Below, one piece after another: positions 14,605-26,825 of a stretch of DNA of 64,000 nt. The stretch is from Felis catus (taxonomy: Eukaryota). Numbering within the stretch: the first letter of the stretch is position 1; every line of letters begins with the position of its first letter. The stretch lies in the NCBI RefSeq assembly GCF_018350175.1, contig NC_058369.1, positions 6,388,001-6,452,000 on the forward strand, in the 5' to 3' direction. The translations under genes and the position numbers were made by a program. Under the pieces are notes generated by a model, which worked only from the letters and a program-made list of their open reading frames with translations, was not told the origin of the DNA and searched no databases.

Positions 14605-16011
14605 AATTTTTTATTTTTTTAAATATTTATTTTGAGAGAGAGAGAGAGCTCTCGAGACAACACATGGATGGGGGAGGGGCAGAAAGAGAGAGGGAAGAGG
14701 GAAAGAGAGAATCCCAAGCAGGCTCTGTGCTGTCACTGCAGAGCCCGAAGCAGGGCTCGATCTCACACACCATGAGATAATGAATGACCTGGGCCGAAAT
14801 CAAGAGCCTGATGCTCAACTGACTGAGCCATCCAGGCGCCCCCCTATGGTCATCAAATTTTTAAAGATTTTTTTTTTAATGTTTATTTATTTTGAGAGAG
14901 AGAGCATAGGCAGGGGAGGGGCAGAGAGAGAGGGAGACACAGAATCCGAAGCAGGCTCCACGCTCTGAGCTATAAGCACAGAGCCTGATGTGGGGCTTGA
15001 ACCCAAGAACCTCAAGATCATGACCTGAGCCGAAGTTGGATGCTTAACCGACTGAGCCACACAGGTGCCCGTGGTCATTAAATTTTTTATAACAACTTTA
15101 TTGAGCTATAATCCAATGCCATACAATTCACCTCTTTAAAGTTTACAATTCAGTAAATTACATCCGCAGGGTTATGCAGCCATCACGACAATCAATTTTA
15201 TTTAATTTATTTTTAACTTTAAGAAATGTTTTCATTTTTGAAAGAGAGACAGAGACAGAGTGCGAGCAGGGGAGGGGCAGCGAGAGGGAGACACAGAATC
15301 CAAAGCAGGTTCCAGGCTCCAGGCTGTCGGCACAGAGCCTGATGTGGGGCTTGAACCCACGGACCCTGAGATCATGACGTGAGCTGAAGTCGGACGCTTA
15401 ACCGACTGAGCCACCCAGGCGCTCGGCTACAGTCAATTTTAGAACATTTTTCATCACTCCAAAGAGAAACTGCAGCCTGAGTAGCTGTCGCTTCTCAGTG
15501 CCTCTTCCCCAGCCCCTTGGAACCACGAAACTGCTTTCTGTCTCTATCTATAAATTTGCCCATTCTGGATATTTCATGTAAACGGAGTCGTACTACATGT
15601 CGTCTGTGGTGCCTGACTTCTCTCACCCTGCCTTGCGTTTTCAGGCTGCATGGGTGATCATTAGCATTTTTTTCTCTTTTTTTAGTAATGAAGTATTTTT
15701 AATTAAGGGTTGTACTTTTTTTTAGTTATCATGCTCGTGCACACTTAATACACTATAGCGTAGTGTGGATATAACTTTGACATGCAGTGGGAAACCAAGA
15801 AATTCGTTTGATGAAAAAATTTTTAAGTTTATTTATTTTGAGAGAGAGCACAAGCAGGGGAGGGGCAGAGAGAGGGAGACAGAGAATCCCAAGCAGGTTC
15901 CGTGTTATCAGCATAGAACCCAATGCGGGGCTCCATCCCATGAACCGTGAGATCATGATCTGAGCCCAAATCAAGAGTCGGATGCTTAACCAACTGAGCC
16001 ACCCCGGTGCC
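14605..16011 (-). mobile_element. Four antisense Can-SINEs (~14605-14842, 14865-15070, 15200-15423, 15815-16011) among older L1 and Tigger sequence
   Basis: Repeated T-tail/(GA)n/reverse head units; TSD tggtcatcaaatttt / tggtcattaaatttt around the second copy. Confidence 0.85.
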
Positions 16012-16320
16012 CTCATTCGATGCATTTTATCGAGGTACTTGCTTTATTGCGGTGGTCTGGAACCGAGCCCGCAGCATCTCCCAGGTGTGCCTGTGGTGGT
16101 GTTTTCATTTCTCTTGGTTATCTACCTGGGAGTGGAACTGCTGGGCCGTGTGGTAACTCATGGCTTAATGGTTTGAAAAATCGCCAGACCATTTTCCACG
16201 GTAGTTGCGTCATTGTGTGTTCCCACCCGTGATGTACGACGGTTCCAGGTTCTCTGCATCCTTGCCAACACTTGTAATTGTCCATCCTTTTGATTTTAGC
16301 CATCCTAGTGGGAGTGAAGT
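15085..16320 (-). mobile_element. Old L1 3' region, fragmented by SINEs and Tigger1
   Basis: actttattgagctataat...catacaattcacc...gattttagccatcctagtggg; minus peptide QLPWKMVWRF...ELPH.PAVPLPG. Confidence 0.7.
15690..16093. mobile_element. Tigger1 terminal fragment
   Basis: gctttattgcggtggtctggaaccgagcccgcagcatctcccaggtgtgcctg resembles the recalled Tigger1 end. Confidence 0.7.
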
Positions 16321-16898
16321 GGATGTTGCCAGATAAAAGACAGGGCACCTGGCTAAATATGAATACTCAGTGCTTATCTGACATTTAGATTTAACTGGGC
16401 ATCCTGCATTTTTATTTGCCAGATCTGGTGCGCCTGCCTGCCTGCCTGCCACTGGTCAGGTGGGGATGGGGCTTGTGGGAGGCACAGAGGCTTCGGATGT
16501 GACCACAGCTGGGAGTCTTGGGCGGGGCTTGGATGCCGCGAGCGAGTGTGCAGGGCTGGAACCCGGACCCTCGTTCTCCCCAGGCAGCCTCCCAACTTCC
16601 CAGTGAGTGGGTCAGCGTGTTTTTTGTGTTTTCCCTTGCCTTAGCCTAATCCGCACAGAACGTGGCTGAGGAACATTGTAGCTTTATTTCCTCAATTGTT
16701 TGCTTTGCTGGTTCCCCCCCCCCCCCCAATGTGCGCTTCTTTTGCGATTTGTTTTCAGGGTGGATTTTTAAGAGAATGTTCTAGTATTCTTTAGAATCAT
16801 CTGTTTTGCCTCAGAGATATTGGGGGGAAAGTTTAGTGTCCTGGAATACAGTAAGTAGAGATTGTGTACTAAGCATATTCCTGGTGCTGAGGGAAGGG

Positions 16899-16900
<2 letters not shown>

Positions 16901-16943
<43 letters not shown>

Positions 16944-16960
16944 CATGTGCGTGTGTGTGT
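16901..16960. repeat. (TG)n microsatellite
   Basis: About 18 perfect GT units plus an imperfect extension. Confidence 0.95.
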
Positions 16961-17199
16961 TTTGGCAAGGAGAAGCTGTCTAAAGAGTTCGATTATGATG
17001 ACTGTTAACTTGGGTATAAGGGGCACAAGGAGAAGGGGAAAGAAACTTTAAAGAGGTATACGGAGGAAAGGAAATCAGAGAAGGGTGCCTGGAGGAGGTG
17101 GCGTTTGAGCTGGATCTTGAAGGATGATGGACTAGATTTCGAAACAGGGAGCTAAGGTCGAAAGGGCTTTGGTAGCCGACAGGGCCAGGGCTCCCCCGT

Positions 17200-17380
17200 C
17201 CAGGACAGTAGCCGCTAGCCACATGTGTCTATTTCCATTTAAATGAACTAGAGTAAAATTAAATATTCAGTTTCTCAGTCTCGTTAGCCACAGGTGAAGC
17301 CACAAATGGCGGCTGCCTTCCACGGTGGACAGCACAGATTTAGAACATGTGTATCAGTGCAGAAAGTTCTGTTGGACAGC
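17200..17380. mobile_element. MER3-like hAT fossil
   Basis: gccgctagccacatgtg...aaaattaaatattcagtttctcagtc...gcagaaagttctgttggacagc. Confidence 0.65.
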
Positions 17381-17389
17381 CGTGGACTA

Positions 17390-17600
17390 GGGCAAGGGTC
17401 ACCAAACTGCAGCCCCGGGACAGAACTCCAGGCTACCACCTGTTCTTGTAAATAAAGTTTTATTGGAACACGGCCACGTCCACTCATTCACATTTGGCCT
17501 GCGGTGGCACGGTAGAACAGCTTCTGCACGGACCCTCTGACCACAAAGCCGAACATACTCACTGTCTGAGCATTGATAGAATATGGTTGCCCGCGCCTGG
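17390..17600. mobile_element. MER58A-like fossil upstream of exon 2
   Basis: caccaaactgcagccc...cttgtaaataaagttttattggaacacggccac. Confidence 0.75.
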
Positions 17601-18279
17601 TCTAGGGACGCGAAGGCACAGAGCCTAGAGGTGATGGTGATACGTTTGTGGGAGAAATCAGCAACCACAAAATAGCTGGCATTAACTGAGCACCTACTGT
17701 GTGCTGGGCACCGCTTGAGGGCTTGGATTACTTCACTCGCTGCTTCTCCTAGGTCATGTTACAGGGGGTGGGGGGCAGTGATGGGGAGGAGCCCTGCGCG
17801 CTGGGAGGGAGGAGTGCAGGGTCACGGGGAGCCAGGAAGGGTGCTGGGGCCTGGGAAGGACCACCTTCAGGAAATGGGCATGCAGGGTGTTTGTGCAGGG
17901 GAGATCACATCCAGCCCTTGCCACACCCAGGTAGAGGTAATGAGGCTGTTTTGTGGATGTCTGCCTGGGAAGGAGAGTCCTCGAGGTAGGAGAATTGTCA
18001 AAACAAATTCAGCCCTCCTTGCCCCGTTTTGGCGTGGGCACCTTTATCCTCGCAAATCTGTCTCCTGAAGATTGCCAGTGTTGACTCACCCGGGCCGGCT
18101 GCCCTTTCCCTTCCGCACCTGCCGTATTACTCAATCCCGTGTAATCCCAGCGTCTCCGTCGCATCTTGTTCGATGTGATGGTTTTTAAAGGCTTCTAACA
18201 AGGACTGCGAAAGGAGTTTTTTTCTTTGCCTTTTGGAGGTGATCACTTGGGCACGGACACTATGGAGAAAACCATGAAT

Positions 18280-18451
18280 CAGGGGCTCGCTATGGAATCG
18301 GTGGGGGAGCCCAGCACAGAATGAAAACATGGGGCCCCTTTCTTGAAAACGACCGAGGGTTTAAACATGGATAGAAGAGCATTAAGCCAAGGGCAGGGCC
18401 CTTCCGGGTGAGTCCCACGACTCAAGATGCACACCTGTGAAGCTGGCCCTG
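18280..18451. mobile_element. MER91A-like hAT fossil
   Basis: cagggg...aaaacatggggcccct...cacacctgtgaagctggccctg. Confidence 0.5.
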
Positions 18452-18464
18452 CTGCTGATTTAAA

Positions 18465-19335
<871 letters not shown>

Positions 19336-19359
19336 TAGCAGCTGGAGGCGTTTGCCGGA

Positions 19360-19562
19360 CGAGGGGGTGGCCCCTTTTTTCTGCAGAGGCTCTGGTATTA
19401 AATACTTCCGGCTTTGCAGGCTGCGTGGCCTCCCGTTACAGCTACTCAGCACTGCCATCGTAGCGGGAAGGCAGCCACGGGCAACCCAGAAAGAAATGGG
19501 CACGGCTGTGTTTCGATAAAACTTTATTTACAAGCCAAGCTGTGGGCCGGCGTTTGCCAGTT
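19360..19562. mobile_element. MER58A-like fossil downstream of exon 2, inverted relative to the 17390 copy
   Basis: ggctttgcaggc...gctactcagcactgcc...ggctgtgtttcgataaaactttatttacaag. Confidence 0.75.
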
Positions 19563-19859
19563 GCTGTGCCAGACCGTCGAATGTTCCTCTTGCTTGAGGG
19601 GGGGTAGAGGTGGGCAAGTATGGACTTTGCTGTAGAAAAAGAAGGTTTATTTCTTGAGTGACGAAAGAAGCAAGATTGCTCAGCGTAGACATTTGGCAAA
19701 AGAAATGGGTAAAGGAAGGAAGCGAAACAACAATCCTTATCCCACATTTAGTGGAGTACTTCCTTCTCGTGGTTCTGTTGTGTGTTTATTTTATTTACCT
19801 ACCTTTCCCTGTCTCTGGGCATTTAGATCATTTCCGGTTATTCTAAAGAGAAGGATGAG

Positions 19860-21000
19860 TATTTTCGGGTCAAAGCTTTATTGAGCATTTTGTTTCTCTA
19901 GGCTTTGCTTTTCCAGAAGTGAAATTTCTGGGCCAAAGGTTCTTGATACTGATTGCCAAATGGCTTTCCGGAAATGTTGTACTGATGGGCGCTCCTCCTA
20001 GCATTGGCTGAGAGGGAGCACCTTGGCCAGCTCTGCATGTTGTTTGAAAAATCTTTCATAATTTACCGGAGGGAGGAGCCGATGTGTTGTCATTGTTTCT
20101 ATTTGCATTTCTTTGATTGCTATCGGGGGTTGAACCTTCTGAAACATGTTTATTTATCATTTGGGTTTTCTCTTCCTGTTCATATCCTTTGTCCGTTTAT
20201 CTTTTAGTACTTTAGTGGTTTTTGAAATACTAGTCTCCTTGCGGTTTTCAACACGAAGGCTGTTAACCCTTTGCCAACTGTGTCTTCAGACGCTTTTGTT
20301 CGGTGGTCAAGATGCTCTGGATGTCGGCTGCCAGAGAAGCTTAAAATGTTTGTGGAGTCCGGGGGCGCCCGGGTGGCTCAGTCGGTTGAGGTCCGACTTC
20401 GGCTCAGGTCACGATCTCACGGTTTGTGAGTTTGAGCCCCGCGTTGGGCTCTGTGCTGATGGCTCAGAGCCTGGAGCCTGCTTCGGATTCTGTGTCTCCC
20501 TCTCTCTCCGCCCCTTCCCCGCTCACAGCTTTGTCTCTCTCTGTCTCTGAAAACTGAATAAACCTTAAAAATATATATATTTAAAATGTTTGTGGAGTCC
20601 AGAGTTGGATGTTTGCATGCCTGTCCTGTTACCCTATGTTTAGAAAGTCCTTTTCCACCCGTAAAATGAATGTGGTTTTTTTTCTCCCAAATTTCCTATT
20701 TTAATTTTAATTATCAATAAAAAAAGCTCATCCTGGACATTTGGAATCTGTGCGCATGATTCAAAGGGATGTTCCTTTCTCCACAAATAACTTGTTGGGG
20801 TCTCAATGCCTTTTATTGATGAAATTTACTCCTTTGTCATTGATTTGGGGTCTGTTTCTTTGTCATTGATTTGGGGTCTGTTTCTGGCTATCGGTAAACC
20901 ATTTCCTTGTGTTGGGGCCGCTACCATTCTAATCATTGTGGTTTTATAATGTTTTGATAACCAGGAAGGCAAGTTCCAAACACACACCCGTTACTTTTTT
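19860..21000 (-). mobile_element. Degenerate old L1 fragment
   Basis: ttccagaagtgaaatttctgggccaaagg...gccaaatggctttcc...tatttgcatttctttgatt. Confidence 0.5.
20361..20580 (+). mobile_element. Can-SINE with a perfect 20-bp TSD
   Basis: ttaaaatgtttgtggagtcc at 20341-20360 and 20581-20600. Confidence 0.93.
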
Positions 21001-22180
21001 TATTGTTTTGACTCTTTCGTACTTTGTGAAATTCCCTGGGAAGAATTCGCGAACGTGAGATCGAGGTGGGAGAAAGGGAGTGGATGGTTTACGGGTGGGT
21101 CGTATCATAAAAGATAGGGCACGGGGGAAGGGAGGGTCTTCTTGCCTGAGCCCAAAGGCTACTTGGGTGAGTCCTGAGTAGAATCCATGGGAGCCGTGGG
21201 GAGCATAACAGAAGGTGAGAGCAGAGGCCACACCTCTTCTGAGAGGTTGGGCAGTGAAGGCAAAGAGAGCCTTGTTTGAGGATGGGCGTGGGTAGGATGA
21301 TTATTATATTGTGGAGCAATCTTGGGGACGTTGGCCGGTCAGGGACAGAGAGAACGGAGCTGAATGACAAAGTTGGGGCGAAATCTCAGCCCAAGTAGAA
21401 TGACCACCTGTGGGTTTGGGATTCTGTAGAACAGGGAAGCTGCTGAGGTGGGGGTGGGGAGCAGGTGGGGGGGAGTAAGCTGTGGGAACGACAGTCTAGA
21501 TGGATTGGGGGGCAGCTGGTATTCGTGATGGCGAGGGGAGAAGAGGCTATTGCGGATCTGTGTCCCGAGAGCATCTGGCTACAAGGGGAGCACTGTTATC
21601 CTCATTTTAGAGACCAGAGGGGTTACTTAACTTACCTAAGGCCACACAGCTCATAAGACAGCTGGGGTTTGTGCCAAGTCTGAGACACAAAAAAGGCATG
21701 TGGTATTTTTTTTTGTGGGGGCGGGGGGACCGTCCCCTCTGTTTAGAGCCACTTGTAGGTGGGGCACTGGAGAAATGGAACATGCTTTCGTTATTCCAAT
21801 GCCGAGGTCTCCAAATTTAGGTGCCTTTTTGAAATGCTCCGGGCTCTCGGGTCTTGAGATATTATTTAAGACATTCCTCTGTGGATTTATTTCTGTACAC
21901 ATTTTACTCAAAATATCCAGGGTGGTATTATCTGCAGAAATGTCCCTGATGCGAGCAGTTGTTTTCTTCCCTCATCTTTTGTTTTTGAGAACAGGCTTGT
22001 TTTTCTAACGCTGGGGGTTCTACCGTGGGGGAGGGGGTGGCTGTGCACCTGCTGCTGTGACTGACAATACCTGATTCCCGGCATCTGGCATTGATGTTCG
22101 CTGCTCCTGGTGTGTAATTGGTGCTGAGGTCCCCTAGGCAAGGCATTGTCCTGTCCTGGTAACAGGTGTTGAAATGATTG

Positions 22181-22736
22181 TTTTTGTTTGTTTGTTTATT
22201 TATTTTATTTTATTTTTTTTTATTAAAAACATTTTTTTTTTCTTCAACATTTTTTATTTATTTTTGGGACAGAGAGAGACAGAGCATGAACGGGGGAGGG
22301 GCAGAGAGAGAGGGAGACACAGAATCGGAAACAGGCTCCAGGCTCTGAGCCATCAGCCCAGAGCCCGACGCGGGGCTCGAACTCACGGACCGCGAGATCG
22401 TGACCTGGCTGAAGTCGGACGCTTAACCGACTGCGCCACCCAGGCGCCCCGATTTATTTTAATGTTTATTTATATTTGAGAGAGAGAGACGGTGCGTGAG
22501 CAGGGAAGGGGCAGAGAGGGAGAGAGAGACAGAGACACAGAATCCGAAGCAGGCTCCAGGCTCTGAGCTGTCAGCATAGAGCCTGACACGGGGCTTGAGC
22601 CCACGAACCTCGAGATTGTGACTTGAGACGAAGTCGGATGCTTAACTGACTGAGCCACCCAGGTGCCCCTGTTTACTTAGTGTTTAAATGTTTATTTATT
22701 TTGAGCGAGAAAGAGAGCCTGAGGGGGGAAAGGGGC

Positions 22737-22768
<32 letters not shown>

Positions 22769-22900
22769 GGGGGAGAGAATCCCAAGCAGGCTCTGTGCGG
22801 TCAGCATGGAGCTCAAGGCAGGGCTTGATCCCAAGAACCGTGAGATCGTGACCTGAGCCAAAATCGAGAGCTTTAACTGACGGAACCACCCAGGTGCCCC
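22181..22900 (-). mobile_element. Three nested antisense Can-SINEs
   Basis: Units at ~22230-22450, 22455-22670, 22690-22900; outer TSD gaaatgattg at 22171 and 22901. Confidence 0.9.
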
Positions 22901-22979
22901 GAAATGATTGCTCTTTGAACGGGTGCCCCCGTCTGCTGAGTACAACTCCACTCTGGCCTTTTTCTCCCTTCCTCAGTTT

Positions 22980-23570
22980 CTTTTATTGTGGTAAAATACA
23001 CATAAGATAAAATTCACCATCTTAAATTTCTTTTTAAAGATTTGATATTTTTATTTGTTTGTTATCATTTTGAAGAATAAGCTCTGTGCCGGACGTGGGG
23101 CTCAAACTCACAACCCTGAGACCAAGAGTTGCATGCTGCACCACGTCAGCCAGCCAGGCGCCTGCCATCGTAAATATTTTTAAGTACCCAGTTCAGTGGC
23201 ATCAGTCACCCTCACACTGTTGTGCAACAACACCCCCACCATTCGTCTCTAGAACTTTCCCATCTTCCTCGACTGAAACTCCGTCCCCGTGGAACACTGA
23301 CTGCCCCCCCCCCCCAACCCCCACCATCCCTGGCGGCCACTGTCTACTCTCTGTCTCTATGCTTGGGACTCCTCTAGAGACCTCATAGAGGTGGAATCAG
23401 ACAGTGTTTGGACTTTTGTCATTGGTTTATTCCACGGAGCGTAACGTCTTCAAGGTTCGCCATGTGGTGGTGGGTGTCAGAACTTCCTTTTTAAGGCTGG
23501 TGGGTTATATTCCATTGTGTGGACGGACCACATTTACGTATCCATTCATCTAATAAGGCTGCTGTGAACG
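22980..23570 (-). mobile_element. L1MB-like 3' end with an inserted short SINE (~23030-23162)
   Basis: tgtggtaaaatacacataagataaaattcaccatctt...cagttcagtggcat...ctctagagacctcatagaggtggaatc. Confidence 0.7.
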
Positions 23571-23887
23571 ATGGTGAGCCTCTCTGGCTTTTTGGGTGCT
23601 TATGTTACCTTGTTGCCGTGGCTCTGGAAGGCTTATCTGAAGTCGTGTGAGACTTGAACACAGAACAGACCGAAATGAACCTTTAGGGGTGCTCGCCTCT
23701 CTTCGGTGATGGACACAGGCCTGTGAATACTACCCAACAACTCTTTCAGCTCTCTAGAACCCTCTCAAATACTTCCCGGGGCCTCCAGAACCATTGTCTT
23801 TTTCTTATGTGATTATCAGGATCTGGAAGCTTCTGGGGTCTGGTCAGCATTTGGGACGAAAGGGTGGGTTGTTCTCTGGACCCAGTT

Positions 23888-24284
23888 CTTTTTTTTTTTT
23901 TTTTTTTTTAATTTTTTTTTTCCAACGTTTTTTATTTATTTTTGGGACAGAGAGAGACAGAGCATGAACGGGGGAGGGGCAGAGAGAGAGGGAGACACAG
24001 AATCGGAAACAGGCTCCAGGCTCTGAGCCATCAGCCCAGAGCCCGACGCAGGGCTCGAACTCACGGACTGCGAGATCGTGACCTGGCTGAAGTCGGACGC
24101 TTAACTGACTGCGCCACCCAGGCGCCCCGAAATTTTTTTTTTCAACGTTTATTTATTTTTGGGACAGAGAGAGACAGAGCATGAACGGGGGAGGGGCAGA
24201 GAGAGAGGGAGACACAGAGTCGGAAACAGGCTCCAGGCTCTGAGCCGTCAGCCCAGAGCCCGACGCGGGGCTCGAACTCACGGA
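23888..24284 (-). mobile_element. Young feline SINE dimer (full copy plus 5'-truncated copy)
   Basis: Near-identical young-type bodies; single TSD ggacccagtt at 23878 and 24286. Confidence 0.9.
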
Positions 24285-25971
24285 AGGACCCAGTTTGTAT
24301 GCATTCTCTACAGTGTCCCTTCTTATACCCATTCCCCAAAGAACGATGCTTTAAGCAGAGAAAGCAAAGGAAGGTTAAAGGAAGGTTAAGGTAATTAAAA
24401 GGGGAAAAAAAAAAATCACTGTGGTGTGTGTGGCTTGAGATGCCACCTCTCCATCACCCTGCTCACGGATTTGGGGTCAAAGGAGAGGCCAAATGCAAGA
24501 GGCCTCAGATGGACAGAGAAGATGGAGTGTATGCAAGCTGGGTCATGGATCGCATTCATTGAGAGCCTACCCTGGCCAGGCATTGGGGTCCCAGGGGCCA
24601 CGGGAGGGACCAGCCCCACCTGCTTGGAGAGAACCTTCTGGTGGCAAATACTGACCTTGAGTATGTGATGAGGCAGCTCGGCCGGGAGAGTCACAGAAGG
24701 ATCTCTGTGGGTAGAGGCACCAGTCGGAGCCCCAAACTTGCCGTCAGGTCGGAGTGTATCTCCTCTCCCCCAAATCGGTGTGTATCAGGACCCCAAAGGT
24801 CGGCCTCGCTGACCCTTTTCCAGGTGCTTACAAGAATTACTTGGGGTCCTGTTCACTGGTCTTGAGCCGGATCAAGCCTCTGTCTTCCGATCTGAAAGAT
24901 GGGGACAGTTGTGGGACCTGCTTGTCAGAACTGTGGTTTAGGGGTAGGTGAGACGGTGCGGGGGTTGGGGAGGGTGCATTTAGCCCAGCGCCTGGCACTC
25001 TGTGTGTTCTGGAAGCTTCCTGTGAGTGCCATGGGTCTACTCCCCTTCTGGGCAGACCAGCCGCTGGGTGCATACCTGCCGAGTTTGGCTCTAATTCTGA
25101 TTTGGGGCTTGGGGCGGGCGGAGGGGAGCCCACTGCATGACCTGTGGATGAGGGGTGGGTGTTGGACCCCTGGCCCCAGAGGGAAGACCACTTTGCTCAC
25201 CCAGTGCCTCCAGTGCTCTGGAGACCCCCAGCTCTGGGCTTTGGGGGGCATCAGAAGCCACAGAGCTTGCTTGACCAGCTGCTGGAGCCAAACCCAGTGA
25301 CATTTTTTTTTCCCCCTGGGAGGCCACCCCAGCTGCTCCCTGCCAGTCAGAGGGGTGGGCGAGGCCGTGGCGTGCAGGGTGCCAGGAAACTGGCCACGGT
25401 GCCACATACGGGATCCGCCAGAGAGTAGAAGCAGGAGGGCGGAAAGGAGGCAGGGTTCTCCTCCCCGGGTTTGGACATACATCCTTGTTCCAGAGTCTCT
25501 GAGCACGGGGGGGGGGGGGGGGCCTCTGTTTAGATCAAATATTAAATACTTACTTCTGCCTTCGACATTTCAATAATCAGAATCTTCTTGGTGGCAAATG
25601 CTTCTTTTGTGCTGGGAGCTGTTCGATGCACGTCGCTTCTGACACCGTGTCGAATCCTCCCCGCAATTCCTTCTCACAGGTGAGGCCGTGGAGGCCCCGT
25701 ACAGGTTAAGCCACTTGCCCCGGATCACACGGCTAGTGAGCAGTGGAGCCGGGATCCCCCCTGGAACCCTGGGTGTTCTGGCTCAGAATTTGAGGTATTA
25801 ACCTTTGTGCTTTCCTGAGCTCAACGCGGAAAGTTGGTGAAGTATTGAAAAGAAAGAAATGGAGGGGAGGGGGGGACACCCCCTAGAATTTGCCCCTGCC
25901 AACATCCTGGCTGCCTTTCCATATAGCTTTTTTGTGCCACCTTGCATTAGCCGCCTCCTCTGTCAGGCTAA

Positions 25972-26011
<40 letters not shown>

Positions 26012-26479
26012 GTGTGTGCAATATGGGTGGGGGTAGATCAAGGAGAGACTCTTACACAGGCTTCACGCCCAGAGCAGAGGAGGGTGCAGGGCTCGATCTC
26101 ACAGTCCTGAGATCATGACCTGAGCCTAAATCAAGAGTCAGAAGCTTGCTTGACTGACCGAGCGATCCAGGTGCCCCAGGCGAAGATCTCTTGAAGATAG
26201 GGACTGTGGAATTTATTGGTATGTCCCCAGCACCTGTCATGTAGATACGCAATGGCCTTTGACCACTCATTCCTAGCTAACGTTTATTGAGCACTTACTA
26301 AGCGCTGAGCATTTGACAAGCTACCTCACGGAATCCTCACCACAGCCAGCCTATGAGAGGACGCTACTCCCATTTTATAGAAGGGGACACTGAGGCTAGA
26401 GTACTAATTAAGAAACTTACTCTAGGAGGAGACCTTTCTGGGAAGTGGTTTGACCTCAGTCTTGTCCAGTGCGCTTGAC

Positions 26480-26582
26480 CAGAGGTCAGCAAACTGACCC
26501 GTGGGCCAAATCCAACCCATCAGTGATTTTTGTGTGGGCTGTGAGCTAAGAATGCTTTCTGTATGTTAAAAAAGATTGTGTG

Positions 26583-26613
<31 letters not shown>

Positions 26614-26825
26614 AAATCTAAAGGATAATATTTTATAAGAGGTGAAAATGATATGAAATTAACATTTCAGCATCCCTAAATAAAGTTTCATTGGAACCCG
26701 GCCGCGCTGGCTCATTTATTCATTTACATAACGCCTGTGGCCGTTTTAGTGCTATGAGTAGTTGCAACAGAGACTGTATCTCTCTTTACAGGAAAAAAAA
26801 AAAAAAAAAGATGTGCCAACCTCTG
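26480..26825. mobile_element. MER58B-like fossil with an internal (TG)n at ~26577-26613
   Basis: cagaggtcagcaaac...tgagctaagaatg...aaataaagtttcattggaac...gagtagttgcaacagagac. Confidence 0.7.
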
